This document shows, piece by piece, positions 16,067 to 21,272 of a DNA stretch of 21,272 nt. The stretch's first letter is position 1, and each line of letters starts with the position of its first letter. The stretch is from Fibrobacteria bacterium (GTDB lineage Bacteria > Fibrobacterota > Chitinivibrionia > Chitinivibrionales > FEN-1185). Made by a program: the position numbers and the translations under genes. The notes under the pieces were generated by a model, which worked only from the letters and a program-made list of their open reading frames with translations, ran no database searches and had not been told where the DNA came from. The stretch is from contig JBBIGR010000061.1 in NCBI GenBank assembly GCA_037447435.1, positions 1 through 21,272 on the forward strand, written 5' to 3'.

Positions 16067-17188
16067 ATGGAAAAAGCCCATATTACGATAATCGGCGCCG
16101 GTGTTGCAGGACTTGCGATTGCAAACAGGCTTTCGAAAGACTGCGATTCGGTTGTTCTTCTCGAGCGCCACGACGGATTTGGCCGCGAGGCGTCGTCGCG
16201 TAACAGCGAAGTCATCCATGCGGGTTTTTATTATCCTTCGCAATCCTTAAAAGCGCGTTTCTGCGTGCGCGGCAATGCCCTATTGTATGAGTTGTGCGCC
16301 AAGGCTGGTATTGCGCATCGTCGCATTGGGAAAATTGTGGTTGCAACCTCGCCGTCCGATGTTGCAAAGCTGGAAAACCTTTACAAACAAGGCATCGAAA
16401 ACGGCGTGGCCGGACTCGAGATGCTTACCAAGGAACAGGTTGCGAAAAAAGAACCTTTTGTAACGGCGCTCTGTGGTTTGTATAGCGGTGCCACGGGGAT
16501 TATCGATACGCATGGACTTATGGTCTTTTTTGAGGCCCAGGCAATGGCGCAGGGCGTAACTATAGCATATGGCTGTACGGTGACGCGTATCCGGCGGCAA
16601 AGCGGCATATACGAAATCGACGTTATCGATGCCGACGGGCAACCAACGACGACCGGATCCGACATCGTCGTCAATTGCGCCGGATGCGAAAGCGGCCATG
16701 TCGCGGAAATGGCAGGAATATCCGCGGCATCGGCGGGATATACCATTCATCCGTGCAAAGGCGAATATTTTAGCGTCAACAGCAGACATAAGAATAAATT
16801 GAATCATTTGATATATCCGAGTCCCACGAGCATAAGCCTCGGCGTGCATGCCGTGGTCAAACTGGATGGCGGTTTAAAGCTTGGTCCCAATGCGTTTTAT
16901 GTGGAATCGCCGTCCGACTATGATGTTGATAAAGGGCATCAGGAAGGTTTTTTCGTTTCCGCAAGCAAGTATCTGCCGTTTCTTGTCCCAGACGATTTGT
17001 CGCCCGATATGGCGGGAATTCGTCCCAAATTACAGGCCGCGGGTCAAGGGTTTTGCGATTTCATTATACGTGAAGAAAGCGGAAAAGGGCTGCCGAACCT
17101 GGTGAATCTGATAGGAATAGAATCGCCCGGTCTGACGTCGTCGCTGGCAATTGCCGAATATGTTGCCGACATGACGGCCGCATTGTAA
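16067..17188 (+). CDS. FAD-dependent oxidoreductase, L-2-hydroxyglutarate oxidase (LhgO)-like
   Basis: IIGAGVAGL FAD-binding motif, SSRNSEVIHAGFYY, KGEYF, LGVH, GIRPKL, GIESPGLTSSLAIAE. Confidence 0.9.
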   Translation: MEKAHITIIGAGVAGLAIANRLSKDCDSVVLLERHDGFGREASSRNSEVIHAGFYYPSQSLKARFCVRGNALLYELCAKAGIAHRRIGKIVVATSPSDVAKLENLYKQGIENGVAGLEMLTKEQVAKKEPFVTALCGLYSGATGIIDTHGLMVFFEAQAMAQGVTIAYGCTVTRIRRQSGIYEIDVIDADGQPTTTGSDIVVNCAGCESGHVAEMAGISAASAGYTIHPCKGEYFSVNSRHKNKLNHLIYPSPTSISLGVHAVVKLDGGLKLGPNAFYVESPSDYDVDKGHQEGFFVSASKYLPFLVPDDLSPDMAGIRPKLQAAGQGFCDFIIREESGKGLPNLVNLIGIESPGLTSSLAIAEYVADMTAAL

Positions 17189-17196
17189 AAAAACGA

Positions 17197-17811
17197 TTAT
17201 TTCGTTTCCCGTGTGGTGTCGGAAATCGATGAAATTTTTATAGCGGCGGTATGGATTTCGATTGTGTCTGTATTGAGTTCCAAAGAATTGAGCACTTCGT
17301 CGATCTTTTTTAATTCGGTCGAATCTTTGACCTTGTCTTTGAGAATCATGGTTTGATTTTTAATGATCATGAATTTGTTCCGTAGATTGCTTGTCAAGGT
17401 GTTGCAATCGTCGGAAAGCTCCTTCAATTCCGAATGTTCGCGGAACTGAATCTGCGCGCTGATTTTTCCCTGCTGTATCATCCGTGCCCATTGTTCGAGT
17501 TTATAAACAGGCACCGCATATTTGCGCGATGCATAAAATCCCAAACTCAGTGCGAGCACGAAATTGAGCAACGAACTGATGAGCAGGCTCGGCAAAATAA
17601 TGAAAATGATGTTTTCTTTTGTCAGGTTGGTGAGCTGGTCCATTTGATACAATAGAACGCTGTTGTATTTGAGATAATACACCAAAAGCAGGGTACAGGA
17701 ACATATGATTGTGGCCAGAAGCGCAGCAAAAACGATTTTCAATATCAAGCGGATTTGCAAAGATTTTTTGATGAAAAAATTATGCAAATATCGTCGGTGT
17801 AGCTGCTGCAT
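17197..17811 (-). CDS. Two-TM membrane protein with HAMP-like domain, no output domain
   Basis: 204 aa with SD AAGGGAG. Basic N-terminus (RRYLHNFFIKKSLQIRLI), two TM helices, then SRKYAVPVYKLE...QFREHSELKELSDDCN and a short coiled tail. Confidence 0.8.
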   Translation of the reverse strand: MQQLHRRYLHNFFIKKSLQIRLILKIVFAALLATIICSCTLLLVYYLKYNSVLLYQMDQLTNLTKENIIFIILPSLLISSLLNFVLALSLGFYASRKYAVPVYKLEQWARMIQQGKISAQIQFREHSELKELSDDCNTLTSNLRNKFMIIKNQTMILKDKVKDSTELKKIDEVLNSLELNTDTIEIHTAAIKISSISDTTRETK

Positions 17812-18035
17812 ATGCTCCCTTTCACGTCGTTTCGAACGGTAGCAACCTATAAACCAGTATAATATAATGTAATGAACCGCTAAATAACAACACTATGTCT
17901 CTATTGTATAATTCCGATAAAAAATTTGCAATAGTCGGTATGCGTAAAAAACTGCACCTTTTTGCCGCATTATTGAGTATAATTATAGATCTGTTTTTAT
18001 TTTTTCCGGAATAAAAGAAAGAGATTTTTTTGAAC

Positions 18036-19733
18036 ATGGCAAAAGGCTTTTTTTTCAGGATACGCATATGGATTTTTATTACAACGGTATGCAGCTTTTG
18101 TTGGGCGCAACATGCAAACGATACCACCTGTTTTACTATAAAAATGAATGCATTGCCCAATTCCCTGTTTAATTGCTCGCAATCGGGCGGTGAAGCATTC
18201 AAGTCCATTTTATCCGGTCCCGTTATCATGGAAAACGGAACCTTACTGTTTTATTCATACAATGGATATGCCCTCTATAATAAAAACGGCGCGCTTTTGG
18301 ATTCGAATTCATTGTTCCGGGAGAATAAAAACATACCGATTTCCGACCCTCGTCGGCTAAAACTCGCCTATCCGCTCGATCAATCGACTGTTTTGTACTA
18401 CAAAAAAAACCCCGACAAAAACAACGAACTTGAAATCTTTGAAAAAAAGATCATGAAAAAGGGCATGAAACGGGTAGAAGGAGTGAATTACGCCAATTTG
18501 TTCGACATCGAATCGACCGTATTGTTCAACCTGACCGACAATTGCATTACCGATGAAATGGAAACGCGCTCGTTTTTGCTGCAAAACCTGGTGGGATTCA
18601 CTTCTCTGGATACGGGTGAAAGAATTTGGTCTTTGGACCGGTTTTATGCCTTTACCTCCGCGCTTATCGCCGAACATAACGGTGCAGTGACCTCGTTTTT
18701 CGGCGGACTTTTACATGATCAAAAAACCGATGTGCAGAAACATCTGATTAATCCGTTAGGGACCTATGTCCTCGACGGGCGCCGCTATTTTTACGGCATC
18801 CATTCGTCGCTGGGATCGCAGGACGAGGAATTGTTCCAGCGCCTTTACCTTTGCGATCAGGCCGGAAACCTTTTGTACAGCAATGAAATGCTCAAACAGA
18901 AAATGGTGGACGCGGTTTTGGAATTCAACAAGAAATCCAATACGAATTTCACGGTGAAACGGCCGGGTGTATACGTGTTTACACCCACGGTCGATAAAAA
19001 CGGCGATATATTTTACGGCGCCATAGACTTTGACAAAAAGATAATCGAGGTCAAGAAGCGGTTGTATTACCGCTATTTTTCCCGGGTCATTCAGCCGATC
19101 CACGAAGACCTTGTCAATGCGCAACGCAGCTTGGTGCCCAAGCCGGTAGACATTCCCTGCTTGCAGGATGATAAAGAGAAGAAAGTGGTCCCGGAATTTT
19201 TATTCCGCGACGATGCCGGGCGGCGGCGCAAGGCCGCGCTCAAAGAATACAGCTGCAAAGGATTTTATGCGTCGGTATCGCGACAGACAAATCCGGACAT
19301 CAAGCGACGGCTCATGCAGAAATGCTCGACCTTGCCCGCGCAGGTGCGGCATTTGCAAGACTCGCTGTCGCGGGTATCGACCGCGTTTTGCCCGTATACG
19401 GTCAATTTGGAAATGGAAGGCAAAGGCACGCTTGCAACATTCCATTACGGACTCGGCGACGTCGTCGTCTCGGCCCGCGTACTTGACGTAACAGAGACGT
19501 TCGAGATTTTGATCAGAGTCGATTGCGAAAACTTCGCCGAGGTTTTGGCCTTTTCGGTGGATGGGACCTATTTGAACCGCTTCGTTTTCAATCGCCAGCC
19601 GTTTAAAATCCGTAAAGACATCATCGCCGTTTCTGACAACCGAGACATCATCGAAGAGGATTATGAGCGCATCGTCGAGGACTACACCTATTGCAAATGG
19701 GAACTTGCCATAAAAGCGGTCGAAGCCCAATAA
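18036..19733 (+). CDS. Hypothetical exported protein (~565 aa)
   Basis: Long uninterrupted ORF with a signal-peptide-like N-terminus (RIWIFITTVCSFCWA|Q) and beta-rich segments (LYLCDQAGNLLY, TVDKNGDIFYG, AFSVDGTYLNRF). The start could be TTG 18030 or ATG 18036. Confidence 0.8.
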   Translation: MAKGFFFRIRIWIFITTVCSFCWAQHANDTTCFTIKMNALPNSLFNCSQSGGEAFKSILSGPVIMENGTLLFYSYNGYALYNKNGALLDSNSLFRENKNIPISDPRRLKLAYPLDQSTVLYYKKNPDKNNELEIFEKKIMKKGMKRVEGVNYANLFDIESTVLFNLTDNCITDEMETRSFLLQNLVGFTSLDTGERIWSLDRFYAFTSALIAEHNGAVTSFFGGLLHDQKTDVQKHLINPLGTYVLDGRRYFYGIHSSLGSQDEELFQRLYLCDQAGNLLYSNEMLKQKMVDAVLEFNKKSNTNFTVKRPGVYVFTPTVDKNGDIFYGAIDFDKKIIEVKKRLYYRYFSRVIQPIHEDLVNAQRSLVPKPVDIPCLQDDKEKKVVPEFLFRDDAGRRRKAALKEYSCKGFYASVSRQTNPDIKRRLMQKCSTLPAQVRHLQDSLSRVSTAFCPYTVNLEMEGKGTLATFHYGLGDVVVSARVLDVTETFEILIRVDCENFAEVLAFSVDGTYLNRFVFNRQPFKIRKDIIAVSDNRDIIEEDYERIVEDYTYCKWELAIKAVEAQ

Positions 19734-19799
19734 AAGCCGCGCATCACCTGTCTTTGCCGCTTAGCCTTATACGGTACCGGCCGCAACGAGGAGACAAAA

Positions 19800-20441
19800 A
19801 TGTCGTATGTAATAGAACGTTTCGTGACGGGACCGATAGAGACAAATACCTATGTGGTAAGCAACGGCCTTGCGGCGCTGGTCATCGATCCTTCGAGCAA
19901 TTGTGCCAAAGTACTCAAATACCTGGGCGAAAAAAACACGTCGGTTGCGGCGATATTGTTGACGCATGGGCATTTTGACCATATTCTGGGAATTTCGGAA
20001 ATCCAGGCGGTTTTTCCCAATGCAAAGGTTTGGGTCAACCCTGCGGAGCGGCCGTTATTGCAAAGTCCGGAGTTCAACGGTTCGTATCTGATCGGCAAAC
20101 CGTTGTCATATACGGGCGGCATGCAGGAGCTGCCGGAAGGCCCATTGACAATAGAGGGAATATCGTTTTTGGTTGCATATGTGCCCGGCCATAGTCCCGG
20201 CGGCAGCGCATTCATATTTGCCGAAGACGGAGAAACCGCACATTGCATAAGCGGCGATTCTCTTTTTGCCGGCTCAATCGGCAGAACCGATTTTCCTATG
20301 GGAGACGGCGGGCTGCTTATTAAAAATATCGTCGAAAAATTACTGACGCTGCCGGATGAAACCGTCGTGTATCCGGGGCATGGGAACCGCACCACCATCG
20401 GCAGGGAAAAACGATTGAATCCGTATTTGTCGCAAGGGTGA
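19800..20441 (+). CDS. MBL-fold metallo-hydrolase (glyoxalase II/YcbL-like)
   Basis: SD GAGGAG. Motifs TNTYVV, LLTHGHFDHI, PGHSPG, SGDSLFAGSIGRTDFP, VYPGHG..TTIGREK..NP. Confidence 0.95.
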   Translation: MSYVIERFVTGPIETNTYVVSNGLAALVIDPSSNCAKVLKYLGEKNTSVAAILLTHGHFDHILGISEIQAVFPNAKVWVNPAERPLLQSPEFNGSYLIGKPLSYTGGMQELPEGPLTIEGISFLVAYVPGHSPGGSAFIFAEDGETAHCISGDSLFAGSIGRTDFPMGDGGLLIKNIVEKLLTLPDETVVYPGHGNRTTIGREKRLNPYLSQG

Positions 20442-20471
20442 AATTACAACGGTTTGAATTGATGTCAACCT

Positions 20472-21272
20472 ATGAAAATACTGCCTCATGTCAATTCCTT
20501 TCTTTCGTATTTGAAACTCGAAAAGACATTGGCGCATAATACGATAGAATCGTATTCCTTCGATCTCGAACGGCTCCGTGCATATTGCACTCAGCATGAG
20601 GCGCGCGGCCTCGACGACATTACCCCGGAATTGCTCCAGGGGTATGTACGGGCATTATACGATGTCGGGTTTGCCCCGACCTCCATCCAGCGGACGTTGT
20701 CGTCGCTGCGGACGTATTTCGCGTTTGTCGTGTCCGAAGGCTTTTTACTTCAGGATCCTACCGAGCTTTTGGAAAGCCCCAAGGCGGCGCGGTATTTGCC
20801 CGACGTGCTTTCGGTTGCCGAAATCGATGCCGTGATTTCGTACATCCCCGTACAAAAAGGGTTCGGTCTGCGCGATCGCGCTATGCTGGAAACCCTGTAC
20901 GCCACGGGCATGCGGGTTTCGGAATTGGCCAATTTTACTGTAGAGCAATTATTGGCGGGCGAAGGCCTGGTACGCATCGTCGGAAAAGGCTCTAAAGAAC
21001 GTCTCGTGCCCATCGGCTCCGCGGCGCTTGCCTGGATTGCGGAATATTGCACGACGTTGCGGCCTCGCATGTGTAAAGGCGGCTCCGACAATACCATGTT
21101 TCTTAACGTGCGCGGAAAAAAACTGTCGCGCATGGCGTTGTGGCGGATCATACGGAAGTACGTCGAATGCGCCGGAATAAAAAAAGAAGTTTCGCCGCAT
21201 ACGTTTCGCCATTCGTTCGCCACGCATTTGCTCGAAGGCGGCGCCGATTTGCGCGCGGTGCAGGAAATGCGC
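20472..21272 (+). CDS. xerD: Site-specific tyrosine recombinase XerD (3' end beyond the window; absent from the ORF track)
   Basis: Open frame from ATG 20472: FLSYLKLEKTLAHNTIESYSFDL...LPDVLSVAEID...LRDRAMLETLYATGMRVSEL...GKGSKERLVP...SPHTFRHSFATHLLEGGADLRAVQEM. Confidence 0.93.
   Translation, partial: MKILPHVNSFLSYLKLEKTLAHNTIESYSFDLERLRAYCTQHEARGLDDITPELLQGYVRALYDVGFAPTSIQRTLSSLRTYFAFVVSEGFLLQDPTELLESPKAARYLPDVLSVAEIDAVISYIPVQKGFGLRDRAMLETLYATGMRVSELANFTVEQLLAGEGLVRIVGKGSKERLVPIGSAALAWIAEYCTTLRPRMCKGGSDNTMFLNVRGKKLSRMALWRIIRKYVECAGIKKEVSPHTFRHSFATHLLEGGADLRAVQEMR

Noticed and set aside
17822..18229. 135-aa minus-strand ORF across the divergent intergenic region
   Set aside because: It overlaps the start of the 565-aa gene and an AT-rich promoter region, and has no SD or domain evidence.
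20472..21272. Phage or island integrase marking a mobile element
   Set aside because: The sequence carries XerD-typical motifs (LRDRAMLE.LYATG.RVSEL, SPHTFRHSFATHLLEGGADLR.VQE) and lies among housekeeping genes, with no att, tRNA or phage genes.

Overview
This is a bacterial chromosomal window with no rRNA, tRNA, CRISPR array or transposase detected. Two secreted proteins carry T9SS-type C-terminal sorting tails, which with the gene content suggests an FCB-group organism, possibly Fibrobacterota (inference only). Left to right: (1) an AT-rich ~1 kb noncoding region with a cluster of repeated palindromic, operator-like sites; (2) a secreted beta-propeller-like protein convergent with a secreted GH5 glycoside hydrolase, sharing a bidirectional terminator; (3) a membrane-anchored AraC sensor and an uncharacterised 500-aa GH-like protein upstream of the GH5 gene; (4) a six-gene glycosylation locus in two convergent operons (polyprenyl-P GT2, DegT/ArnB aminotransferase, GT4 versus GT2-methyltransferase fusion, LPG-synthase-TM flippase-like protein, DUF2079 GT-C-like membrane protein); (5) housekeeping-type genes: malQ, an LhgO-like FAD oxidoreductase, a HAMP-like membrane protein, a 565-aa hypothetical protein, an MBL-fold hydrolase, and xerD running off the right edge. 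The best candidates for undescribed systems are the Arn-like glycosylation pathway that may use DUF2079, the transmembrane AraC/GH module and the operator array. All family assignments come from motif recognition; no database searches were run.
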